Origin: an uncultured Gammaproteobacteria bacterium
GTDB taxonomy: Bacteria; Patescibacteriota; Patescibacteriia; UBA2591; UBA6264
DNA: 64,000 nucleotides
Assembly (NCBI GenBank): GCA_964596735.1
Contig: CAZQVF010000001.1
Span: 74,135 to 138,134 of the forward strand
Direction: 5' to 3'
This document shows, one piece after another, positions 29,023 to 38,378 of this stretch. Each line of letters opens with the position of its first letter. Within the stretch, counting starts at the first letter, position 1. A program made the position numbers and the translations under genes. Below the pieces are notes generated by a model, which was given only the letters and a program-made list of their open reading frames with translations, had not been told where the DNA came from and searched no databases.

Positions 29023-30471
29023 ATGAGGAATAATAGAGAAACAATTCCGGAGGCGAGTGAGAAGCCTGAAATTACTGGCCGGTATTCTACTGTTACAGAA
29101 TGGAGAGAGATCCTTACAAAATGGTATGCTGGTGAGGTAGTTAAGGGATATGATCGCTATGGCCATCCTAAATTAGCCGAACGTGAGAGAAAAGTAGCTG
29201 AATTAGTAGGCACAGACGTCCTGCTCTATAACTGCGGCATGGCAGCAATAGTTGAAGCTTTGGAAAGTCATCATTTGACCCAGAACGATGTCCTGTTGTA
29301 TAGTCCTGATGTTTATGGTCAGTCAAAGGATTTTATTGAAAATGAACTGAAATCCCGGGGAATAAAATGCATTCCCTTTAACAGCGGTGACCCTGACGAG
29401 GTTAAACGTTTAATTGCTCAGCATCGTCCCAAGGTGATTTTTGCTGAAACAGTTGGTAATGCGCCTGGGATGCCAGTACTTGACGTAGATGCGCTTTTTA
29501 AACAGGTAGAACAAACCAATGAAAAATACCAACAAGAAGCAACCCTATCCAAGGTTTTAGAAAGACAGTTAATCCGTCGTCCCTGGATCCGTAATTGGCT
29601 GGATTTAAAGCCAGGTGAAAAACCAAATCAAGCACAAGGAGAAAAGCTCTCTGCTTTGGTTCCAGAGTTTGAAGCAACGGCTCGAAAAATTGATCAAGCC
29701 CACGACCTTTTACCTCTACGGGATTTACTCAAATCTTTAGGTAAAAAGGGGATAGACTTTGGTCAGGAAATGGATCTACGGAGTAAAACCCTTGAACTTA
29801 AGTGGCTTTTAGATTCTGCCTGGTTGGCCAAGAGAGAGGTTCCGATTACCTTAATCTTAGACAACACCTTACCAACGCCCTCAGGGTTTGATTTGGCTGA
29901 AAAGCTCAAGCAAACCAAAACACCAGTTTTGGCTGTAGAAAGTGGGACCAAGCTCTTTGCTTTGGACTCAGGAACACTCGGTGTTCTTTACAGTAATTCA
30001 TCTGACAAGATGTTAGAATTAAAGGTTAGGCGGGCCGTAACAGGGTCTTACTTGCCAGCGGCAGTAGAAGACTTACTGCCTGAAAGAACTAAGTCAGAAT
30101 TTGATGTTCGCAACAAGCAAACCCTGAAGAACACCAGATTATTGGCTCAAAGTTTTTCCAGAATAGTTGGCAAAGCTGGTGTTAAAGCGGTTTCACATCC
30201 TAACCTGCCGGGTCATTCAAATTACGAGTACACGGACAAACACATGCCCGAGGGTGGTTCAGCTATCTTTTACCTGGATTGTGAAAATAGCTGGGAGCTG
30301 GCAGCTAAACTGGAAGCAAAATTAGGGAACAGAATCGAGTATGGCGGGTCCTTTGGACTGCCTAAAACCCGTTTACTTCCGCTTGATGATAACCTCTTCC
30401 GCATTGCTGGAGGAACAGAATCTGCTGAGGACATGGAGGAAATCCTGGCAGTAATTGAATCAATAGAATAA
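29023..30471 (+). CDS. divergent PLP-dependent enzyme, Cys/Met-metabolism (cystathionine gamma-synthase/O-acetylhomoserine sulfhydrylase) fold family
   Basis: N-terminal pattern ...TVTEW..GYDRYGHP..AERERKVAELVG.DVLLYNCGMAAIVEAL.S......DVLLYSPDVYGQSKDF......GIKCIPF...D...V...I....KVIFAETVGNAPGMPVLDVDAL resembles that family. It has a long central insertion and a diverged lysine region; visibly higher GC than its neighbours. Confidence 0.55.
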   Translation: MRNNRETIPEASEKPEITGRYSTVTEWREILTKWYAGEVVKGYDRYGHPKLAERERKVAELVGTDVLLYNCGMAAIVEALESHHLTQNDVLLYSPDVYGQSKDFIENELKSRGIKCIPFNSGDPDEVKRLIAQHRPKVIFAETVGNAPGMPVLDVDALFKQVEQTNEKYQQEATLSKVLERQLIRRPWIRNWLDLKPGEKPNQAQGEKLSALVPEFEATARKIDQAHDLLPLRDLLKSLGKKGIDFGQEMDLRSKTLELKWLLDSAWLAKREVPITLILDNTLPTPSGFDLAEKLKQTKTPVLAVESGTKLFALDSGTLGVLYSNSSDKMLELKVRRAVTGSYLPAAVEDLLPERTKSEFDVRNKQTLKNTRLLAQSFSRIVGKAGVKAVSHPNLPGHSNYEYTDKHMPEGGSAIFYLDCENSWELAAKLEAKLGNRIEYGGSFGLPKTRLLPLDDNLFRIAGGTESAEDMEEILAVIESIE

Positions 30472-30480
30472 TAACGAAAA

Positions 30481-30530
30481 GGCCGAATCTCTTAAATATA
30501 ATAAAAGGGATTCGGCCATTCTCTTTTTTT
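30481..30530 (+). terminator. putative rho-independent terminator
   Basis: GGCCGAATC...GATTCGGCC inverted repeat followed by CATTCTCTTTTTTTTATT; the loop is long. Confidence 0.45.
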
Positions 30531-30590
30531 TATTATAAAGTTGATAAAATCAAATATTTTTGATAGAATTATTATAGAATATATAATTGT

Positions 30591-31490
30591 ATGAAAACAA
30601 AAGATTTTAACCGAAAAAAAGAAGACTATTACAAAGGAGAGGCAGAAAAATGGGATCTTAGAGAGAGCTCATCTCGTCCCAGTCCAGAGAATGTTAAGCA
30701 TTATAATCAATTGGTGAAATCAGTTCTAGGCAATAAGAAAAATCCTAGAATTGTTGTTTTAGGATCAACGCCAGAAATCAGAGAGATGCTCTATAAATAC
30801 TATTTTCTTAATAAAGCAAAGATTATTTGTTTAGAACTTTTGCCAGCCATGTATTATGGAATGTCTAATTTAGTTAAACATAAATCTCCAAATGAAAAAT
30901 TTGTTCAAAGTGATTGGTTAAAAATGCCCTTTAAAAAAAACAGTATTGATATTTTTATTGGAGATTTAATCACGGGTAACATTTATAACAAGAAAGATAG
31001 AGAAAAATTATTAAGATTGATTAAAAAATGCTTAAAAAAGAATGGAGTTTTTCTTGAAAGACATCTTTACATAACTCCAAGGGTAAAAATAAAAGATGTT
31101 AAAAAACATTTATTTAGTTTTGTTCCAAAGATTATAAATGAAAAAATAAGCATTAATGCTGCGGCTACTTCTTTTTTGGCTAATTTGGTTGTTGCAAGTT
31201 GGTATCAGAACATAGAGAGGAAGCTTTCTATGATTTATTTTGAAAAAGAAATTAGAAAATTAAAAAAATATTTTCAAAAAAAGAATTTATCCTCTCAAGA
31301 CAGAATTGCCAAAGCCATATTTGATCACTTTCAGCTTTTAGGAGGAAAAAAAAGATATTGGACTTATGGGACCAAGGAACAGGAAGAAAAAGAATTAAGA
31401 GAATATTTTAAAATAGAAAAGAGATTATACGCTAAAGACTTTTATTCTGCGTCTAATGTGCCAATTTATTTATTAAGACCTAAAAAGTGA
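30591..31490 (+). CDS. array paralog 1: class I SAM-MTase-like protein (LGATPE family)
   Basis: Shares the family blocks: N-terminal W..W....RPS..E, RIVVLGSTPEIREML (motif I position), CLELLPAMYYGM (post-I), SDWLKMPFKKNSIDIFIGD (motif II-like), CLKKNGVFL (motif III-like), C-terminal IYLLRPKK. Confidence 0.8.
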   Translation: MKTKDFNRKKEDYYKGEAEKWDLRESSSRPSPENVKHYNQLVKSVLGNKKNPRIVVLGSTPEIREMLYKYYFLNKAKIICLELLPAMYYGMSNLVKHKSPNEKFVQSDWLKMPFKKNSIDIFIGDLITGNIYNKKDREKLLRLIKKCLKKNGVFLERHLYITPRVKIKDVKKHLFSFVPKIINEKISINAAATSFLANLVVASWYQNIERKLSMIYFEKEIRKLKKYFQKKNLSSQDRIAKAIFDHFQLLGGKKRYWTYGTKEQEEKELREYFKIEKRLYAKDFYSASNVPIYLLRPKK

Positions 31491-31491
31491 T

Positions 31492-32319
31492 ATGAAATCA
31501 TGGGATAATATTAAAAAATCAGAATGGCGAGGATTTGCTGAAAAATGGAGAGCTCTTAATCCCCCCTATAAACCCTCGAGAGAAAGAATAGATATTTATC
31601 ATTATTTAATTAAAAAATATGTTAAAGGCAATAAAGCTTTAGTTTTAGGGGCAACGCCTGAGATTAGAGATCTTTTAGCCAAACTAAAATTCAAAGTAAC
31701 TCTATTAGATATTAGCTTGCCAATGGTTAGGGCAATGACTTTTTTAAAAAAGACCAGGAATAAAGAAAAAATTGTTATTGGCAATTGGCTTAAGGCTAGG
31801 TTTAATGAAAAGTATGACCTAGTTATTGGTGATTCAGTGATTAATAATCTTTTGCCTGGTCAATACACTAAGTTTTTTAAACAGGTACAGAGATTTTTAA
31901 AAAATGACGGTATTTTTATTTCTCAAGGCGTTTTTTTATCAAAACCAATAAGTAAGCATAGAATTTCTATTAAACAGATTATTAATAAGGCAAAGAATAG
32001 GCCTGATTATTATAGAATTTATTCAAATAAGGCTTATGACTATTTAACATGGTCGGTTTCTCAGACTAAAAAGCATTTAGCTAATTTTGGAACATTGAAT
32101 GAGATCTGGCGCCAAAAATTGGAAAATGGACAGATAAGCAAAAAAGAATTTAAATTATTAGATTTTGATCTTCCTGAAGACTTGACAATCTCGTTTTTTA
32201 CCAAAAAAGAATTTGAAAGAACCCTTTGTAAATTTTGGCAAATACTTGATCAAACTCATGAAAAAAGCCATCGGGTTCACAAAGATTTTTATCGCATTTA
32301 TGTTTTAAAAAAGAAATAA
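31492..32319 (+). CDS. array paralog 2 (LGATPE MTase-like)
   Basis: ALVLGATPEIRDLLAK, TLLDISLPMVRAM, GNWLKARFNEKYDLVIGDSVINNL, FLKNDGIFIS, ...IYVLKKK; starts 1 nt after the previous stop. Confidence 0.85.
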   Translation: MKSWDNIKKSEWRGFAEKWRALNPPYKPSRERIDIYHYLIKKYVKGNKALVLGATPEIRDLLAKLKFKVTLLDISLPMVRAMTFLKKTRNKEKIVIGNWLKARFNEKYDLVIGDSVINNLLPGQYTKFFKQVQRFLKNDGIFISQGVFLSKPISKHRISIKQIINKAKNRPDYYRIYSNKAYDYLTWSVSQTKKHLANFGTLNEIWRQKLENGQISKKEFKLLDFDLPEDLTISFFTKKEFERTLCKFWQILDQTHEKSHRVHKDFYRIYVLKKK

Positions 32320-32320
32320 G

Positions 32321-33169
32321 ATGACAGTAAAAAATCCGAAAACAGAAACATGGAGAAAATTTATTGAAGGCTGGTCTAAATTGACCAGTCCGGGCCGACC
32401 AACAAAAAAAGAAATCATTATTTATAAAGAATTCGGATTGGCAAAACTAAAGAAAAAAGGGGCAAAAACTTTAGTCCTTGGCGCCACTCCTGAAATAAGG
32501 GATATGTTGGCAAAATATAATAATCTACAGGTTCATTTAATTGATATTAATATTGATAATTGTTTAGCAATGAGCGAGTTGATGGAAAATAAAACAGCAA
32601 AAGATGAAGAAACATGGATGAAGGCTAATTGGCTAAATAATCCTTTACCAGAAAATTATTTTGATTTAATTTACGGAGATTTTGTTGTTTGCAATGTTCC
32701 CTTTGAAAAGCAGAACAAATTTTTAGCCAATATTAAAGGATGGTTAAAAAAAGAAGGGTTGTTTATTACCCGTTGTACAAGCATAACCTCAGAATACAAA
32801 GAATTATCTTTAAGGGAATTTTGTCAGTTATTCAAAGATAAGCCGGTTAATCTAAAGACAATTAATCATTTTTGGGAATTAGGCGTTTACTTGGGAGAAA
32901 TTGCTGAAGAAAACAGGTTTAGTCCGGGCGTTTTTTATAAACGCTTAAGAAATTATCTTAGAAAACATCCTAATAAAAACATAGATAAAATATTAGAGGC
33001 TGGGGGATTTCTTTATCCCTTAGAATGGACCTGGTCTCTTTGTCCCAAAAAAAGAATTGAAAATTTGCTTTCAAAACATTTTGTGACTAAAAAAAGAGAA
33101 TTTGACACTAAAATGAATTTTATTTATCCGAATTTTTATCCTATTTATTGCTTGAAACCTAAAAAATAA
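32321..33169 (+). CDS. array paralog 3 (LGATPE MTase-like)
   Basis: TLVLGATPEIRDMLAKY, HLIDINIDNCLAM, ANWLNNPLPENYFDLIYGDFVVCNV, WLKKEGLFITR, IYCLKPKK. Confidence 0.85.
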   Translation: MTVKNPKTETWRKFIEGWSKLTSPGRPTKKEIIIYKEFGLAKLKKKGAKTLVLGATPEIRDMLAKYNNLQVHLIDINIDNCLAMSELMENKTAKDEETWMKANWLNNPLPENYFDLIYGDFVVCNVPFEKQNKFLANIKGWLKKEGLFITRCTSITSEYKELSLREFCQLFKDKPVNLKTINHFWELGVYLGEIAEENRFSPGVFYKRLRNYLRKHPNKNIDKILEAGGFLYPLEWTWSLCPKKRIENLLSKHFVTKKREFDTKMNFIYPNFYPIYCLKPKK

Positions 33170-33170
33170 T

Positions 33171-34040
33171 ATGGAAAAAAGAACAAAAATGTGGCAAAAG
33201 ATTACCCGAGATTATTGTAAGTTTGTTATTCCAAATCGGCCCAGTCTTGACGATACAAGGAATTATGCCATAGCCATTAATCAAGTATTAAAAAATAAAA
33301 AAGAACCCAAAATATTAGTGATGGGCTCAACCCCAGAGATACGCAGATTTTTGTTTACCTACACCTGTCTTTTTAATGCTCAAGTGTATTGCGTTGATTT
33401 TAGTCCAAATATGTATAAGTCAATGACAGATTTTATAAACAAAGCAGAGTTAAAAGAAAAATATATCAAGGCAAGCTGGTTAAAAACAGGGCTTAAAGAC
33501 AATTTTTTTGATTTAGCAGTGGGCGATGAAGTTATTTGTAATATTGAACCCAAAAAGCATAAAGGGCTTTTTCAAGAAACATCAAGAATCCTTAAAAAAG
33601 ACGGCTATTGGGTCACTCGACATAACATGTATCTTCCGAATCAAGCCAAACCCAAAACAATTATTTTAAACATTGTTAAAGATTTAAAACAAAAGAAATA
33701 CAGTTTTCAAGAAGCAATTCATTATCTTTTCATCACTTTATTTTACAGTCTGGTTCAAACAAACAAACAGCATCGACTTAATCAAGCAGAACAGATGAAA
33801 GAAATGAGAAAGGTATATAAAACCTTAAAAAATGATTTAGATAAAAGAGTATTAAAAGAATTGATTAAACATTTTCAAGGAAATTGGCAATCTACCTATA
33901 GTTATCATTGGTATGTATTGTCTAAAAAAGACAGTGAAAAAGAATTAAGAGAATTTTTTACTATTAAAAAGATTCTAACTCCTCGCGATTATATTACAGC
34001 CAAGAATTCACCGATTTATTTATTGAAAAATAGAAAATAA
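33171..34040 (+). CDS. array paralog 4 (LGATPE MTase-like)
   Basis: ILVMGSTPEIRRFL, YCVDFSPNMYKSM, ASWLKTGLKDNFFDLAVGDEVICNI, ILKKDGYWVTR, IYLLKNRK. Confidence 0.85.
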   Translation: MEKRTKMWQKITRDYCKFVIPNRPSLDDTRNYAIAINQVLKNKKEPKILVMGSTPEIRRFLFTYTCLFNAQVYCVDFSPNMYKSMTDFINKAELKEKYIKASWLKTGLKDNFFDLAVGDEVICNIEPKKHKGLFQETSRILKKDGYWVTRHNMYLPNQAKPKTIILNIVKDLKQKKYSFQEAIHYLFITLFYSLVQTNKQHRLNQAEQMKEMRKVYKTLKNDLDKRVLKELIKHFQGNWQSTYSYHWYVLSKKDSEKELREFFTIKKILTPRDYITAKNSPIYLLKNRK

Positions 34041-34057
34041 TAAGATATTTTAATTAT

Positions 34058-34902
34058 ATGGTAATTACAAAAAAACGAAAAAACGTTCAAGCCTGGTCAA
34101 AACAAATGGCACAAAATAGAAAAAAAGGAGACCACCAACTGCTCCTAGTATAAGCGAGCAGAAGATTTATGAAAAATTTTTAAAACAAGCTTTAAAAAAT
34201 AAAGAAAACCCTAAGGTTTTAATTTTAGGAGTTACCCCAGAGCTTCGCAATATTGCCTTAAAAAATAATTGCCAGGTTGTGTCTGTTGACATTAGTCGGG
34301 AAATAATAAAAGCAATGAAACCCTCAATAAAATATAAAGGGTTAAAAAGAGAAAAGATTATTAATGCTAACTGGCTTGCTGTTTCTTTTCCAAAGAATAG
34401 TTTTGATTTGGTAATGGGAGATGCACCCTTAACCAATCTTCTTTCTATTCATGATCTTAGAAAATTATTATTTAAAGTCCGGAGAGTATTAAAGCCAAGG
34501 GGTTTTTTCTTAATAAGAGAACTCATTCATTTATCAAATAAAAAAGCTCCATTTAAAAAAATAGTTTCTGATTATCGGAAGAATAAGATAAAATGGGAAG
34601 ATTTTTTTATGGACCTTAGATTTTATACGTTTTTTAATAAAGCCTATAATCCAAAAAATAACCTTCTTTCCGCTGATAAGATTTTTCAGGAAATTGAAAA
34701 AAAATATAAGCAAGGCGAGCTGACAAAGAAAGAATATCAAAGAATTATGATTCTTGAAAATCGAATGAAGAATTTAGTTTTATTTAAAGAAAAATTTATG
34801 AAATTAATCAAAGAAAATTTTTCCATTATTTCTATTAAAACAGATAAAGAATTTAAATTCTGTCAATATTTACCAATTTATTTGTTGAAAAATAGAAAGT
34901 AA
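34058..34902 (+). pseudogene. array paralog 5, frameshifted (or -1 frameshift-dependent) copy
   Basis: The N-terminus (MVITKKRKNVQAWSKQMAQN) reads in one frame to a TAA at 34151. The family-conserved continuation (RRPPTAPSISEQKIYEKF...VLILGVTPELRNIAL...) lies in the -1 frame, beginning inside a GAAAAAAAGG A7 run at 34120-34126. The track only reports the GTG-started C-terminal 207-aa piece. Confidence 0.7.
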
Positions 34903-34903
34903 T

Positions 34904-35749
34904 ATGGCTAAGAAAAAATTTAGTATAAAAATGAAACAGAGCTGGTTTCAAATTGCTGAGAAATGGAGAGAATATAATTATCCAGTTAAACCTTCTCCCA
35001 TGGAGACAAGATTTTTTGAAAAAGAAATAAAGGATTTATTAAAAAGGGAAAAGAGAATTAAAGCTTTAGTTTTAGGGGCAACCCCTGAATTTAGAGATTT
35101 ATTGGCTAAGCATAAAATAGACACTGTTTTAATTGATAATAATTTAACCTCTGTCAAGGCAATGACTTTTTTAATGAAAAGAAAGACTAAAAAAGAAAAA
35201 ATAGTGGTTGGGGATTGGTTAAAGATGCCTTTTAAAGAAAATACCTTTGATATAGTTTTCAGTGATTCTGCTCAGGACAATATTAAGTTTAAAAATTTCA
35301 ATAAGTTTTTTAATAATGTTTACCAAATTTTAAAGCCAGAGGGATATTGGTTTTTTGCTGCGGTTAATGTGGAAAAAAATCAAAGTATTTCTTTAAAAAA
35401 ATACATTAAAAAATACAAAGAAAAACCAAAGATTTTTAAAGATTTTAGAAATTTTGCTTCTTATTTTTTTCGAGTCGGTCGCGGTCCAGATTTTTATAAA
35501 CCCAAAACCAGAAGTTTTGATTTTGCTAAAATTGATCAAAGGGTAAAGGCCCTTATTGAGGAAGGTAAAATTTCTTCTAAAGCCCTTAAAGATATTTGTT
35601 TTCATTTAAATTATGAACAGGTTTTAATTGGTCAAACCGATTTTAAGAAAATGTTAAAAAAGAATTTTAATATTTTTAAAGAAATGAAAAAAGATAAACA
35701 TCCGGGCATGGAAATAAAGTGGGCGGCAATTTTAAAACCAAAGAAATAA
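34904..35749 (+). CDS. array paralog 6 (LGATPE MTase-like)
   Basis: ALVLGATPEFRDLLAKH, VLIDNNLTSVKAM, GDWLKMPFKENTFDIVFSDSAQDNI, ILKPEGYWFFA, ...AILKPKK. Confidence 0.85.
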   Translation: MAKKKFSIKMKQSWFQIAEKWREYNYPVKPSPMETRFFEKEIKDLLKREKRIKALVLGATPEFRDLLAKHKIDTVLIDNNLTSVKAMTFLMKRKTKKEKIVVGDWLKMPFKENTFDIVFSDSAQDNIKFKNFNKFFNNVYQILKPEGYWFFAAVNVEKNQSISLKKYIKKYKEKPKIFKDFRNFASYFFRVGRGPDFYKPKTRSFDFAKIDQRVKALIEEGKISSKALKDICFHLNYEQVLIGQTDFKKMLKKNFNIFKEMKKDKHPGMEIKWAAILKPKK

Positions 35750-35750
35750 T

Positions 35751-36638
35751 ATGGCCAAAAAGAAATTAGACAATCCTATTTGGGACGCAAAACAACAAAA
35801 ATGGTGGGAGTTTTTTTGGGGAGGAGTTAAAGCTCCTTGGCGACCGACAAAAAAGGAAATTAAATTTTGGGAAGGGAAAATTCAACAAGCTTTTAAAGAA
35901 AAAGATTTTTTACGTGTTTTAATTTTAGGGGCTACTCCAGAATTTAGAGACATGCTGACCAGGTATAAAGATAAAACAGAAGTGACCCTATTAGACGCAA
36001 ATCCGGCAGTTAAAGCAGCCATGGATAAGCTAAGGAAAAAGAGAAATTCTAAGGAAAGAATAGTTTGGGGTGATTGGCTAAAGATGCCCTTACCGTCTAA
36101 TTATTTTGACATTGTTTTTAGTGATGAAGTATTTGAGAATATTGCTTTGGAAAATCATGACAAGTTACATCAAAATATTAAACGGGTTTTGAAAAAAGAT
36201 GGTTATTTTTTAGATGGTCGGATTTGTTTAGAAGACTTTTTTAAACATCCCTTACATCTAGAACAAGTTTTAAGAAAATATAAAAGGGAGCCAAGGTTTT
36301 TCCACGATTCTTATAACCGGCTTTGGTATTTGTATCGTTTATGCCCTTCAGAAAAGCTCTTTTATAGTAAAAAAGAGCAAGCAGTTTTAATGAATAAAAA
36401 GGCAGCAGAAAAAGTATTTAATAGGGCTAAAAAAATAGGCATAAAAAACCCAAAATATTTAAATTGGGATCCAAGATTAGATTATAAGGAGCTTGATTAC
36501 AAGGAGATAGATTTAGCTAGTTTAAAAAGAGTAAAGTCAATGATTGGAAAATATTTTAAAATAGAAAAAACTTATCAGGATTTATTTCATCCAGTAATGA
36601 AAATAAAATATAATTTTGTCTGCCGTCCTAAAGAATAA
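35751..36638 (+). CDS. array paralog 7 (LGATPE MTase-like)
   Basis: VLILGATPEFRDMLTRY, TLLDANPAVKAAM, GDWLKMPLPSNYFDIVFSDEVFENI, VLKKDGYFLDG, ...FVCRPKE. Confidence 0.85.
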   Translation: MAKKKLDNPIWDAKQQKWWEFFWGGVKAPWRPTKKEIKFWEGKIQQAFKEKDFLRVLILGATPEFRDMLTRYKDKTEVTLLDANPAVKAAMDKLRKKRNSKERIVWGDWLKMPLPSNYFDIVFSDEVFENIALENHDKLHQNIKRVLKKDGYFLDGRICLEDFFKHPLHLEQVLRKYKREPRFFHDSYNRLWYLYRLCPSEKLFYSKKEQAVLMNKKAAEKVFNRAKKIGIKNPKYLNWDPRLDYKELDYKEIDLASLKRVKSMIGKYFKIEKTYQDLFHPVMKIKYNFVCRPKE

Positions 36639-36641
36639 AAT

Positions 36642-37499
36642 ATGGCAAAAAAAGGTTTAATTAATGGAAAAGAATGGGTGGATTATTTAAAATTTTGGTC
36701 GATTATGGCTCCGCCGGCCCGGCCCTCTAGTTTTGATATAAAGATTTGGGAGACATATATTAAAAAAATATTAAGACAAAAAAGAGATATTAAAGCTTTA
36801 GTTTTTGGCGCCACTCCTGAAATCCGCGATTTATTAGCTAAATATAAGATTTTCACTACTCTTTTAGATGTTAATCCAGCCATGATTAAAGGGTTGATGA
36901 AATTCATGAAGTATAAGAAGCAACGAAACGAGAAAGTAATTATTGATAATTGGCTAAAAATTAGAGAATTGTTTTCTGAAAATTCTTTTGATATAGTGAT
37001 GGGCCATGATTTTTTTAATAATATTCCTTGGAGTTCTCATAATAAATTAGCCAGCAGCATTAAATGGGTTTTAAAAAAAGATGGCTATGGATTAATTGTT
37101 TCTCCAATTTTAAGAAAAACAAAAAATTTGTCTAGCGAGCATTTTGTTACGCTATATAAAAAAAATCCAAAATACTTTAAAGAATTTTGTCATCGTTGGT
37201 ATGTAGTAGATGTTTTAAAAAAATTAGATTATAACAAAAGAACCAGACAGTTTTTTATAAAAAAAATAAAAGAACGTTTAATCAAAGAAGCAGAAAAACA
37301 AGGTTTGTCAGAAAAGGATATTAATCAGATGTGGGTTTTTAAAACATTTAATATAGCTGACAATTATATTGGAGTTCACCCGCCCTTAAAAGATTTATTA
37401 AATGTTTTTAAGAAATATTTTAAAATTGAGAAAATGTCTTATTGGTCAAAACAGGGGAACAAATCCCATTTTAATTTTGTTTTAAGACCTAAGAAATAA
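36642..37499 (+). CDS. array paralog 8 (LGATPE MTase-like)
   Basis: ALVFGATPEIRDLLAKY, TLLDVNPAMIKGLM, DNWLKIRELFSENSFDIVMGHDFFNNI, VLKKDGYGLIV, ...FVLRPKK. Confidence 0.85.
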   Translation: MAKKGLINGKEWVDYLKFWSIMAPPARPSSFDIKIWETYIKKILRQKRDIKALVFGATPEIRDLLAKYKIFTTLLDVNPAMIKGLMKFMKYKKQRNEKVIIDNWLKIRELFSENSFDIVMGHDFFNNIPWSSHNKLASSIKWVLKKDGYGLIVSPILRKTKNLSSEHFVTLYKKNPKYFKEFCHRWYVVDVLKKLDYNKRTRQFFIKKIKERLIKEAEKQGLSEKDINQMWVFKTFNIADNYIGVHPPLKDLLNVFKKYFKIEKMSYWSKQGNKSHFNFVLRPKK

Positions 37500-37502
37500 A
37501 AT

Positions 37503-38378
37503 ATGGCAAAACATAAGATAGACAATCCAGTTTGGCAAAAAAAAGAAGAATGGTGGTATAATGTTTGGAAAAAAGTTGAGCCACCATTTCATCCTTCAAA
37601 AGGGGAGGTGATGTTTTATGAAAAGGCAGTGAAAAAAACATTGAAACGAAAAAATCCAAAGGTTCTTGTTTTAGGAGCAACACCAGAAATCCGTGATATG
37701 TTAGCTAAATACAAAAAATTAGACGTTTATATTATAGACGCTGATGTTCCAGTTTATCGAGCCATGACCCGGTTAATGAAAAGAAAGAACAAACGAGAAA
37801 AATTAGTAGTTGGAGATTGGCTAAAAATGCCATTTAAAAAAGATACCTTTGATCTGAGTTTGAGCCACGGAGCTTTTTCTGTAATTAGTCTAAAAAATCA
37901 TGAAAGATTTTATAACAATATTAAAAGAGTAATTAAAAAAGATGGTTATATTGTAATGAGTCGGGTGAATGTCGAACCCTTTTTAAAAGAGCCAATTAGT
38001 TTTAAACAGATTATTGATAGATATAAAGAGGATCCAAAATATTTTAAAAGCCTTCAAAACAGAGTTTATATTTTATACCAATTGACCAGCCGACCAGGCT
38101 TATATAATTACAAAACCCAGAGCATTAAATATCATGTCATGGCTAGAAAATTAAGAGATTATGCTAGAAAACAAGGACTTTCAGAAAAGCAAATAAAAGG
38201 TCTGTATTTTACCCCAGATTTTGATGTGAATCTTAAAATTGATGACACAGAAATACAAACCCTTAAAAGACTAAAGACAATGATTAAAAAACATTTTATA
38301 ATTAAAGAAATATATCAGGATGATTATCACCCGGTGGCCAAAATATTTATTGATTTCTTATGTCAAAAAAGAAAATAG
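37503..38378 (+). CDS. array paralog 9 (LGATPE MTase-like); recent duplicate of paralog 10
   Basis: VLVLGATPEIRDMLAKY, YIIDADVPVYRAM, GDWLKMPFKKDTFDLSLSHGAFSVI, VIKKDGYIVMS, ...IFIDFLCQKRK; ends with the same ...FIDFLCQKRK tail as paralog 10. Confidence 0.85.
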   Translation: MAKHKIDNPVWQKKEEWWYNVWKKVEPPFHPSKGEVMFYEKAVKKTLKRKNPKVLVLGATPEIRDMLAKYKKLDVYIIDADVPVYRAMTRLMKRKNKREKLVVGDWLKMPFKKDTFDLSLSHGAFSVISLKNHERFYNNIKRVIKKDGYIVMSRVNVEPFLKEPISFKQIIDRYKEDPKYFKSLQNRVYILYQLTSRPGLYNYKTQSIKYHVMARKLRDYARKQGLSEKQIKGLYFTPDFDVNLKIDDTEIQTLKRLKTMIKKHFIIKEIYQDDYHPVAKIFIDFLCQKRK

